Positions 29,309-41,474 of a DNA stretch of 64,000 nt are shown piece by piece. The notes below the pieces were generated by a model. That model did not search any database. It saw only the letters and a list, made by a program, of their open reading frames with translations, and was not told the DNA's origin. Source of the stretch: Yuukianura sp. NJ FZ-2021 (lineage: Eukaryota); NCBI GenBank assembly GCA_046563655.1, contig CM102285.1, forward strand, positions 4,278,001 through 4,342,000, in the 5' to 3' direction. Position 1 is the first letter of the stretch, and each line of letters begins with the position of its first letter. The position numbers and the translations under genes were made by a program.

Positions 29309-30268
29309 TTAACAGTCGACTTCACCATCATCGGTTCTCTTTTTTTTTGCTGCAACCACTTCATCCCCTGGATCCAAGACTGAAGCCAAAATTTCATCCC
29401 CCTCCTCATCTGATTCCATGGACTTCATCGCAGCTTCCTTCACTTTCTTTGGAGTACCCAAAAAAGTGTCCCCTGATAAAAATGAAACAAAACAATGATC
29501 GAAACAAAGTGTGATATAAATCGGACTCCGATAAAAACGAAAGCGTGAATATTAAGCGGACTGTGAAAGGTGGGTAGTACATACCTCCTAATTCTGAAGT
29601 TGACACCACTCCCTGCTTTTGGTAATTCACTGGATTTTTCTCAAACAAACGTCGACGGACTTCAACAATAGTTTTTTTGATTCCACTGTCGTCCGGGGTT
29701 GACACTCCGCACATGTTACAAAAGTAAAAGTCATCTAGATGTAGGTAGGAATGAAAGTTATGGTTATGATCCGATAAGTACTTGGCTGATATTCCGGATT
29801 ACTGTGATATTGTAATTATCTGTGATATTGTAACGGACTGTGATATGTGAACTGGCTGTGATTTCGGTTATCTTAGGTTTTAAGTTATTTTAGTTAGGTT
29901 AATTGCTTATTTACCATGTATAAAAGCATCACACGATCGACAGTGTATCCAATTAAAGCGGTGGGTAGGTCGTGCTCTTCCCGGTACTAGCAACCGACAG
30001 TTAGGAACTTCACATCGACCTAATAAGACAAGAATGGTTCTGTATTGGAGTAATTTTGTAAAACGATTGATTGTGTATTTAGCATACCTGTCTTATAAAG
30101 AGCTTGATTCACATTCACCTGGCCGCAGAATACACAAAATCTATCCAGGCGCCCCTCAAATCCAGGAGTTTTGAACTGTTGTACAGTAGACTTTGACCCA
30201 CGACCTCGACCTGTGAATCCGGCTTTTGAGCTGCTACTTGAACTATTGCCTCTCCCCCGTGCGGACAT
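29309..30268 (-). CDS. Putative Helitron accessory/captured gene: PHD-finger-like protein, 4 exons, ~216 aa
   Basis: Exons 30268-30088, 30019-29915, 29785-29585, 29472-29309 join in frame through three phase-1 GT-AG introns. Product has RG-rich N-terminus, CVFC, then C-EVPN-C...WIH-C-RS-C-DAFI-H-AK-Y...FYF-C-NM-C, and an acidic tail with KKKR. The acceptor at 29786 has a weak pyrimidine tract. Confidence 0.62.
29801..29865. repeat. 18-bp spaced tandem repeat sharing the CTGTGATAT core, inside intron 2 of the PHD-like gene
   Basis: CTGTGAT(A/T)T at 29802, 29820, 29838, 29856. Confidence 0.85.
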
Positions 30269-30271
30269 GCT

Positions 30272-30400
30272 GAATCGTGATGTATCGACTAATCGTGATA
30301 TGTAACCGACTGTAATATGTAACCGACTGTGATATGTAACCGACTGTGATATGCAACCGACTGTGATATTCGATAAACTGTAATCGGACTGTGATATACA
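30272..30400. repeat. 17-bp minisatellite (TGTAACCGACTGTGATA)
   Basis: Four near-identical units start at 30301, 30318, 30335, 30352, with degenerate flanking units. Confidence 0.9.
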
Positions 30401-30744
30401 ACCATGCGTGATGCAAAAGGAACCGTGCTATGTATAAAGCGGAGCAGAGACACAAACCGTACTGCTATATAAAACCGAGCTGTGATATATCGTACGAACT
30501 CTCGCACTCCGGCACTTACAAAACTTCAGTGTGTTTTCAGACAGCAGGCAGTAACCATTAGGAGATTCTGATTTTGTTTCTTTCCAAAAACAAGTTTTGT
30601 TAATTGTCAGGTTAGATTTATTTGAAGTTAAAATACTTAACGTTTTCCATGTTAAAGTGTATTTCCTTTCATAGTTAAAGTTTTTACATTGTTAAAGTTT
30701 CATAGTTAAAATTAGTTTTCTAAATATAACATTAGGGATTTAGG

Positions 30745-31010
30745 CAATTGTACTTCTTGGTTGAAGTCAGTTGGAGTCAAACAATTGTAACCTCTTGATT
30801 GAGGACAATTGTAATCAGTTGTACTTCTTGATTGAAGTCAATTGAAATTAATTAATAGTCACTCTTGGTTGAAGTGAGCTATCGTTGTACAGTTGTACTT
30901 CTTGGTTGAAGTCAACTATAATTGTACAGTTGTACTTCTTGGTTGAAGTCAACTATAATTGTACAGTTGTACTTCTTGGTTGAAATAAACTATAATTGTA
31001 CAGTTGTACC
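30745..31010. repeat. 37-bp minisatellite (AATTGTACAGTTGTACTTCTTGGTTGAAGTCAACTAT) upstream of RepHel
   Basis: About 3 near-perfect units at ~30885-31008 (CTTGGTTGAA at 30901, 30938, 30975) plus degenerate units back to ~30745. Confidence 0.9.
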
Positions 31011-31054
31011 TAAATTGAATTTACTGTAATTGGACATACAGTTAGATAGGAATT

Positions 31055-34000
31055 ATGCCAGGAACAAAACGGGAATTGTCCATGACACCAGCTGCCGTGC
31101 GCAAGAGGCTTTACAGAGCAAATCGTCCGGCCGATCAAGTTGAGCAACAACGGCATGCTGCGAGGCTGGATGCCCAAATCAGAAGGTCGAACGCGACTTC
31201 TGAACAAATAGCTGAAAGAAGAGAAGCGGATAGATTGAGGTTTCGAAGACGAACCTTATATGACACCATATCGCAATCTGCAGTACAAAACACTGCAAAT
31301 TTTCTTGATGCACACAATGTAGATGAGCATTATTGTGGCCCAATGGATGCCAGGTGTGAATATTGCGGCTCCAAAAACTTTGAAAAAGAGCGAGCCTCAG
31401 ATAAAAAATTCACATCTTGCTGTGAAAAGGGCAAGATTAAATTGAGACCAATACAAGTTAATGATAAAATCGTGGAGTTAATGAAAGGAGAAAATCCGAA
31501 GTCCAAAAATTTTCTGGATTTTATTAGATCCTACAACAGTGCTTTGGCTTTTGCCTCGATGGGAGCTCAGGTTGCACCACCTCCCGGTTACGGACCTTAT
31601 TGTTTCCGAATTCACGGTCAGATCTACCACCGAACTGGACCATTGCATCCAGCTATTGGGGATACTCCACAGTATTCTCAAATTTATATTTTGGACACAG
31701 CAGAAGCATTAAATGCCCGTCTCGGGCAAAAAGCCAATTCTGGCTGCGATCTGACTCTGATGAATGAGTTGGGAATTCTGATTCAAAATATAAACCCATT
31801 CGCCGCTGCTTATAAAATGATGCGCGAATTTGAAATACAAGAAGAGCAAGCAGCCCAAGCAGAAGGTAGACTTCCTCTAGAAGTGACAATGTCAATTGTC
31901 AACAATTCCAGCAACGACCAAAGGAGGTATAACGCACCCAGATGTAATGAGGTAGCCATTATTTTTCAGAACGCAATGGGAGAGCCTCCATTTGACCGTG
32001 ACATACGAATTCATTCAAGAAGTCAAAACAAAACATTCCAAATAAGCTTTCTTCACAAAAAGTGCGATGCAATGACATATCCTTTGTTGTTTCCCTTTGG
32101 TGACAGCGGTTGGACAACAAACTTGACTGTGGACTTAGCTCTTAGTTCCATGTATCACAACAGTATGGGAAGTATTACCCCTGACCCAGAGCAGGATCCC
32201 GAGTACGAGTGTGTAAATGAAAGAAAAATCACTCAACTCCAGTATTATGCTTATCGCTTAGCTGTGAGGGACGAGTTCAATCCGATTCTAAATGCAGGAA
32301 AGCTTACTCAACAGTTTATAGTTGATAGCTATGTAAAAATTGAATCGTATCGACTAAATTTCATCCGATTCAATCAGAAACAGCTACGAGTAGATTCTTA
32401 TGCTGGAATTATGGATCATATTCATAACATTTCAGAGAATCGAGGTCTAAAAGCAGGAACTGCAGTTATATTGCCGTCTTCTTTTACAGGAAGTCCGAGA
32501 GCAATGCAGCAAAATTTCCAAGACGCTATGAGCATAGTGCGAAGATATGGAAAGCCTGACCTTTTCATTACAATGACATGTAACCCAAAATGGCGTGAAA
32601 TCACTGAAAACTTAGAACCATGGCAAAGCCCTGAGTTTCGTCCTGACTTAGTTGCCAGGGTTTTCAAGCTAAAATTCAAACAACTTTTGGAGGATATCCT
32701 GAAAAAAAATATCTTTGGAAAAGTAATCGCACATGTCTATGTGATTGAATTCCAAAAGCGTGGATTACCGCATGCGCATATGCTTTTTATCCTTGACAAT
32801 GATAGTAAGTTACGGACAGCCGAAGACATCGATAAAATAGTATCGGCGGAAATTCCAGACCCGGAAACAAATCCCAGATTGCACAAAATTGTGTTACAAA
32901 ATATGATCCATGGGCCATGTGGTACATTGAACCCTACGTCTGTTTGCATGAGTGAAGGGGTCTGTACAAAAAAATTTCCCAAAGATTTTTGTTCAGAAAC
33001 CAATCCCAATGTGAATGGATATCCAAATTACAAACGCGAAAATACTGGGAAAGTTTATAATCTTGGAAATAAGACCGTGGACAACAAATGGGTTGTACCA
33101 TACAACCGTTATTTGTCATTAAACTACAACAGCCATATTAATGTTGAAATATGCGCTTCAATAAAAAGTGTGAAATATCTTTTCAAATACATTTACAAAG
33201 GACACGACTGCGCAAACATAAGGTTTGACACTTTCAACTGGGACGAACCAGCGATGTACTTAGATACAAGGTATATAAGTGCTCCAGAAGCTATGTGGCG
33301 TATAAGGAAAGAAAAAATGGATGATAGGTCGCATGACATTAAGCGTCTTGCAATTCATTTGGAAAATGAACAGCAAATATACTTTGAAGACGGCGACGAA
33401 TTGGACGCTGTGGATGCAGCTATAGATAAAAAAATAACAACACTACAAGGATTTTTTGAGCTGAATAAATGCGATAGTAGTGCTCACCAATACACATATA
33501 TGGAAATTCCGGAGCATTATGTTTGGAAAAGAAAAATTCCAGGACAATTTATGCCAGGTTGGCAGAAAAGAAGGGCTCATTTTGGCAAAACCATTGGCAG
33601 AATGTACACTGTATCCGTTGCCTCAGGAGAACTATACTATCTCCGATTGCTCCTGCTTCATGTCAAGGGGCCAACGTCATTCAAAGATGTTAGAACCATT
33701 GATGGTGTCGTCCATGAAAACTTTAAAGCTGCAGCTATTGCAATGCAGCTACTCGCAGATGATTCACAATGGGAAAATTGCATTGCGGATGCAGTAACGT
33801 ATCAAATGCCCTCACAGTTAAGAGAGCTTTTTGCAATAATTTGCGTGTTTGGAGAGCCAACAAATCCCATTGAATTGTGGGAAAAATTCAAGGATGAATT
33901 TATTGAGGACTATATCAGAGAACATACTCATGAAATAGCTGTTCAAATGGCATTGAGAGATATTGATGATTCCTTGAGTTTACATAGAAAATCGTGTTCT

Positions 34001-35503
34001 GATTTCGGCCTTCCAATGCCAAGGGAAGATCTTGAGCAATATATACATCAAATAGATTTTGAGGCTATAGCTGCGGAAGCTAATGAGTTGGCAGGGATGT
34101 TAAATGAAGCACAAAAGGTTGCATTCGATGCAGTCCTCCAAGCGTATGTAGCAGACTGTTATAGTAAGTGCTATTTTATTGATGGACCTGGAGGAAGTGG
34201 GAAAACTTTTCTCTATAACACCATCATGAAAACTTTTCAAGGGAAGAAGCTGAATGTCTGCGCAGTGGCCTCCACAGGTTTAGCCGCCACACTTTTGGAA
34301 AGTGGGACAACATACCATTCCAGATTTGGTCTAGGTATAAAAAGCAATGAAACTACAACCTCAAAAATAAAACCAACATCCAAAGAAGCAAAACAGCTAA
34401 GGGAAGCGGCGATTATTATTTGGGATGAAGTCACAATGACGCCATGCTTTAATATGGACGCGGTTGATAGGCTCTTCCGTGAAGTAATGGGGATCAACAA
34501 GCCATTTGGCAATAAGCTCTTCCTAATCGGGGGCGACTTTAGACAAACATTGCCCATAGTAAAACACGGCGGAAGGGTACAGATTGTCCAATCCTCTGTA
34601 AAACAAGCCAAAGTGTGGCGCCATTTTAAATTCCTGAAGCTCCATCAAAATATGCGTACTTCTCCAGATGAAATTGAGTACAATCAATGGCTGCTAAGAC
34701 TTGGCGATGGAGAGCTGTCTAATGGTTACGGTCTTGGTGACGACGTAATTGAAATTCCAGGCGAATGTATCGAGGAAGAAGACTTAATATCCTCAATTTT
34801 TGGAGGCAGTATTACATTCAGTGATGAAACTATTAGCCAATTCGCTAAGAGAGCGATACTGACTCCAAAGAACGAAGACGTTCATGGACTTAATAATGAA
34901 GTACTCGATCGTTCTGACGGCGAGATAGTTACCTACTTCAGTGTTGATTCCGTGGCTGAAGATGGTGAAGGTAGCGTTGAAAACTTTCCAGTAGAGTATT
35001 TGAATACTATAAATCCTTCAGGTGTGCCACTGCATGCTTTAAAAGTAAAAACTGGATGTATTGTTATGCTGCTTAGAAACTTAAATCGGAAACTAGGCCT
35101 ATGTAATGGAACCCGACTCATGATTAAGTCACTAAAGCCTAATGTTATTCAGGCTGAAATCCTTGAGGGTAAATGCAAACGTTCCCAAGTACTAATTCCA
35201 AGAATTGACTTAGTACCTGGTGATACAGATTTGCCATTTGAAATGAAACGGCGACAGTTCCCCATTATGTTAGCCTTTGCAATGACAATAAACAAAGCCC
35301 AAGGACAGTCACTCGAACACGTTGGCATTTATCTTCCGATGCCCGTATTCAGCCACGGACAGTTGTATGTGGCTTTTTCCCGCAGTACTAAGAAAAGTAA
35401 TGTAAGGGTAAAAATATTAAATTCAAAAAATCAAGGCCAATTAATCAAAGGCCAAGACAAATGGTTTACAACAAATTGTGTTTACAAAGAGATTTTTCTT
35501 TAA
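31055..35503 (+). CDS. Helitron RepHel transposase (HUH Rep nuclease + PIF1-family SF1 helicase), 1482 aa, intronless
   Basis: Rep motifs PDLFITMTCNPKW, VIEFQKRGLPHAHML, KYLFKYIYKG; helicase motifs DGPGGSGKT, IIWDEVTM, GGDFRQTLP, LCNGTRL, QFPIMLAFAMTINKAQGQS, FSHGQLYVAFSR; N-terminal charged helical repeats and CxxC...CC zinc motif. Confidence 0.97.
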   Translation: MPGTKRELSMTPAAVRKRLYRANRPADQVEQQRHAARLDAQIRRSNATSEQIAERREADRLRFRRRTLYDTISQSAVQNTANFLDAHNVDEHYCGPMDARCEYCGSKNFEKERASDKKFTSCCEKGKIKLRPIQVNDKIVELMKGENPKSKNFLDFIRSYNSALAFASMGAQVAPPPGYGPYCFRIHGQIYHRTGPLHPAIGDTPQYSQIYILDTAEALNARLGQKANSGCDLTLMNELGILIQNINPFAAAYKMMREFEIQEEQAAQAEGRLPLEVTMSIVNNSSNDQRRYNAPRCNEVAIIFQNAMGEPPFDRDIRIHSRSQNKTFQISFLHKKCDAMTYPLLFPFGDSGWTTNLTVDLALSSMYHNSMGSITPDPEQDPEYECVNERKITQLQYYAYRLAVRDEFNPILNAGKLTQQFIVDSYVKIESYRLNFIRFNQKQLRVDSYAGIMDHIHNISENRGLKAGTAVILPSSFTGSPRAMQQNFQDAMSIVRRYGKPDLFITMTCNPKWREITENLEPWQSPEFRPDLVARVFKLKFKQLLEDILKKNIFGKVIAHVYVIEFQKRGLPHAHMLFILDNDSKLRTAEDIDKIVSAEIPDPETNPRLHKIVLQNMIHGPCGTLNPTSVCMSEGVCTKKFPKDFCSETNPNVNGYPNYKRENTGKVYNLGNKTVDNKWVVPYNRYLSLNYNSHINVEICASIKSVKYLFKYIYKGHDCANIRFDTFNWDEPAMYLDTRYISAPEAMWRIRKEKMDDRSHDIKRLAIHLENEQQIYFEDGDELDAVDAAIDKKITTLQGFFELNKCDSSAHQYTYMEIPEHYVWKRKIPGQFMPGWQKRRAHFGKTIGRMYTVSVASGELYYLRLLLLHVKGPTSFKDVRTIDGVVHENFKAAAIAMQLLADDSQWENCIADAVTYQMPSQLRELFAIICVFGEPTNPIELWEKFKDEFIEDYIREHTHEIAVQMALRDIDDSLSLHRKSCSDFGLPMPREDLEQYIHQIDFEAIAAEANELAGMLNEAQKVAFDAVLQAYVADCYSKCYFIDGPGGSGKTFLYNTIMKTFQGKKLNVCAVASTGLAATLLESGTTYHSRFGLGIKSNETTTSKIKPTSKEAKQLREAAIIIWDEVTMTPCFNMDAVDRLFREVMGINKPFGNKLFLIGGDFRQTLPIVKHGGRVQIVQSSVKQAKVWRHFKFLKLHQNMRTSPDEIEYNQWLLRLGDGELSNGYGLGDDVIEIPGECIEEEDLISSIFGGSITFSDETISQFAKRAILTPKNEDVHGLNNEVLDRSDGEIVTYFSVDSVAEDGEGSVENFPVEYLNTINPSGVPLHALKVKTGCIVMLLRNLNRKLGLCNGTRLMIKSLKPNVIQAEILEGKCKRSQVLIPRIDLVPGDTDLPFEMKRRQFPIMLAFAMTINKAQGQSLEHVGIYLPMPVFSHGQLYVAFSRSTKKSNVRVKILNSKNQGQLIKGQDKWFTTNCVYKEIFL

Positions 35504-35681
35504 ATATGAGAAAAAAACTATTACAAATAATTCAAACCATAAACGAGGGACTAACTCCTAGCCTCGATCTACGGATCAAACATTGGGCACGGGCATGGCC
35601 TTGGGGGCGGTTCCCAAGTGCGCTCAACCGTGAAATACAATGCATAACGCATAACATAATTAATGCATAAGTTTAAGGAAG

Positions 35682-35912
35682 ACTAGCTGGAGCCCGTGAT
35701 GTTTACACATCACGAAATTTACTTGAAAAGTTACAAGCAATTGGTCATTCTGAGTCAAAGGAAGAAGCTAGGGGATTTTTGACAAAATGTTAAAAATCGT
35801 CGACATACATTTCAAAAATCCCCGTGCTTCTTCCTTTGACTCAGAATGACCAATTGCTTGTAACTTTTCAAGTAAATTTCGTGATGTGTAAACATCACGG
35901 GCTCCAGCTAGT
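35682..35912. repeat. 101-bp inverted repeat (foldback) at the Helitron 3' end
   Basis: Arms 35682-35782 and 35812-35912 are reverse complements with 2 adjacent mismatches; 29-nt spacer. Confidence 0.95.
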
Positions 35913-38900
35913 TTTCTATAAACCACTAAATTCAAATTGCCGAAAAAATAGTTTAGAGCGTTAAATGTACGTCCAAAAAAACTCTTCATGGACAGTTTTC
36001 TTTTCAAAATTTCAAGTATATCGATAAAATGGGAACTTAGTTTTTTTTTCTTGGCGCAAATTAAACTCGAACATAAACGTTTTAGCATTTTAGAAACAAA
36101 TCATAAAAAGAAAAAAAGTGCATCTACACACTTTTTAAGTTTGAACGGATTTCCACATAGTAGTAACATAATCAGTCCAGAGTTGCATTCAATACATTTA
36201 CGCAAATGCCTCCGACGCTTTATGCATTACGTAAACGATGAATGTCGTTCGTAACAGAAAAATTTACAATACGACGGGGTTAGCCAACATGCTTTCGTCA
36301 CTCTCACAAGCATGAGGAAAACAGAATCCAGAGGGAGGGGATGAAAACAAGGAGCCCTTGGAACTGAACTTTCATTGGATTATTTTATTATGTTTACATT
36401 ATTTTATTTATATTATAGAATATATTGCCCATGTCTTTTAAAGTTTTAAGCGTAGCGTATTGGCTCATTGCATTGAACAAATTCCATTGTTCCATTAATC
36501 CATGACGAAGACACAAGGGGAAGATGATACTCCCCGTCTGGAGGAAACTTCGGTCCCTATAAGGGCCCCTCCCTTAGTAAACAATTCAAAACTTGACCCT
36601 GTCCCTGTTCCTTTGAGGCTTTTGGAGGACACGCACTTGGTGTGTCCATAAGGGCTCCCTTATCTCGCCATCACTTAAAAGCGGATTAACGGTACTCTTC
36701 ATTCCAGATTCGAATGTGAAACAGTAGTATGTAGTTAAGGGCTCCCTTAAAAAACCTCCGAACCACTCCGGCATGCGAACCAACTGGTTTTCTTTTTATG
36801 GCATGGGAAAGTGAGAACCCTGAAGGGCTCGAACCCCTTTCTTCAAGAATGGATGCGTCCCTTGAACCAGTTCCAGAATCCACAAACAATGAATGAGGAA
36901 ATGCTGATGAGAGACTGATTCAAAATGCTCTTTCGTTCAGGGGAAAACAGTATGCAGGGCCCTTCAACAATTTCCATCTTCGTGCTCAGAATAATAAATA
37001 GAGGGAAATTGGTGGGTTTTAAGTCCCGGTTAGTCCAGAGAATAAAAACAATCAAAGGGCTCCTTTCGTTCTGCTTCAGTATCACATAAACGATCTCTGT
37101 TCTAACAATTTTAAAATGTCTGAGAAAGTGGAAATTAAAGAACTATGAAATCCGGGGGGTTCCATAACTTTCCCACCGGAAACAATCAAATGGAATCACA
37201 GCGGTCACTGCTTTCCCCACATAAGGCGACTAAAAATACTCAAATTACTACTATGATTTCAACAGCTCATTGGTGTCATGTCATTTGTTCAATCTAAACA
37301 GTTCTAAACTAATTCGTTCAAATGAAAATGTTCAAAAGTATTTACAACACTATGCACACCTAACCTCTCTTGGAAACTATTTTTGAACCAATCCGCCATT
37401 TGAACCGCTTGATTTTAAGCAAAATCTATTTGAGCAATTCGATGTGAACCACCGGTAGCTCGATCCTGAATTTGACATTCATTTATATTTTTCTAAACTT
37501 TTTGTTTAGAAAAATATTAGAAATACAGGACAGAATCTATTTACAGAATTAGAACAGAATATGTAACCAAGCCTAACACCAACAAAAACATAAGCGTAAT
37601 AAACCAAAAACATAACCTACATACCTTGTAAATCATAACACAAATACCCACTAAACTATAAAAAACGTTGAAGCATATAGTATTTTAGTACATTTTAGTT
37701 CCGATTTGGAATAATTTTAGTATCTTAGATTTTACATTAGTAAGAATTGGACAATTTATTTTATTCTCTTGAATATTTGTAGATTAACCGTAAAACATTT
37801 TATCCTTTCCTTTCGATTTCTTCAAGAAAATGAATAATTTATACGCTAACAAGTCTTTTTTTGTCCATGCACTTACATGTAAAGTGTCTATAAATTATTC
37901 AAAACCAAATATTCGCCAATAGTTTGGAAGCTATCAACCATTTGAAATGTTGGACAAAAGGTTTTAAGGAAAATTGTTTAGGAAAAGACTAAACAATTTT
38001 AAATTAAAGGTACGTTTTACTTTTTCATTGGCTTTGAATTCTTAACAAATCAATAGTTTAATTAATAATGTCTAAACATAAAATGTAAAAGCTAAATTAA
38101 ACAGGCGTCTTCCCTCTTTCTCTTCAGCTCAAATCCCATTAAGACATGGAATAACAGCCTTCATAATTATTCACAAAAGTTCACAGTTAGTAATAAGTCG
38201 AACATTGGCTTATTACTTGCTCAATTTTTAAGTAAAGTTCAACATTTGAGAACCAAGGAACGCTGTTCACTGGAAACAAAATGTCACTTTTGGAGGTAAA
38301 GACGAGAAGCACATGCTGTTTGCTGGTGAGTTTCCAATCGATGGAAATAGGCGATGCATGTACAACTATTCAACTCCGTGTTTTTAAGTGTTCGTTAAAA
38401 AGAGTTTTATAAAACTGTTTGGTTTGCTGATTTGGAACGACGTGGCTTTGATAGTACACAGAGTTTTTTTTTTTATTTTCAATTACGAATGGGTTGTGTA
38501 AGTAATATTTTTCTTCTTTTTTAATCATCCTCTCCTTCCATTAGAACTGCTCCTTGCGAAGACACATTTGGGGAAACGTGTATGTTATGTGTAGTGTAAA
38601 TTATTCGCGTTTTCAATCAAGGGTTTGTTTGAGGATTCAGGTTGAAAAAAATTTATCTGAAAATCATAAGAAAAAGTTTTGTTAGTTCCCTTATAAGCAA
38701 GAAATCATAAAACCCGACCCCCACGGCAATGCCATTGTTCTAGGGTTCTGTTTCATTTATAATGAAAAAAAAGACAAACTTTTATGAACTTTGTTTCGAT
38801 AAGTGTTTCAGGATTTCGCAAAATGTTTGAAGGATGGTTCCACCCTACGCAAAAACTCCAAAAATGTTCTAGTATGTCATGTGTTTAGTGTTAAAATCCA

Positions 38901-39014
38901 CGATAGTTTCCAGTTTAGTGTAAATCACAACCAAAATAACTAGCATTGTAAGAAAATTCGATGGCTGCCCTCATGATAAAGAAATATGCTTACTTGTATT
39001 AATTTCGGCATGAC

Positions 39015-41474
<2,460 letters not shown>

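Larger units (their letters stand above)
27408..35911 (+). mobile_element. Canonical Helitron (rolling-circle transposon), apparently autonomous
   Basis: Contains intact RepHel ORF. 3' end: hairpin CGTGATGT-gtaa-ACATCACG (35880-35899), 8 nt, CTAG (35908-35911), then T. The 5' end is tentative: A|TCCTACTAAAAGTTATATATG at 27408 resembles animal Helitron TC starts and restores an A|T target site. Confidence 0.8.

Noticed and set aside
31055..35503. Helentron/Helitron2 classification
   Set aside because: Motif is RGLPH rather than RGSPH, no C-terminal endonuclease, and a canonical hairpin+CTAG end is present.
35540..35635. Twister or HDV-like ribozyme (GAGGG, TAACTCC, GGTTCCCAAG words)
   Set aside because: P1/P2 pairings for twister cannot be formed, and P4/J4-2 for HDV are missing; no hammerhead CUGANGA core.
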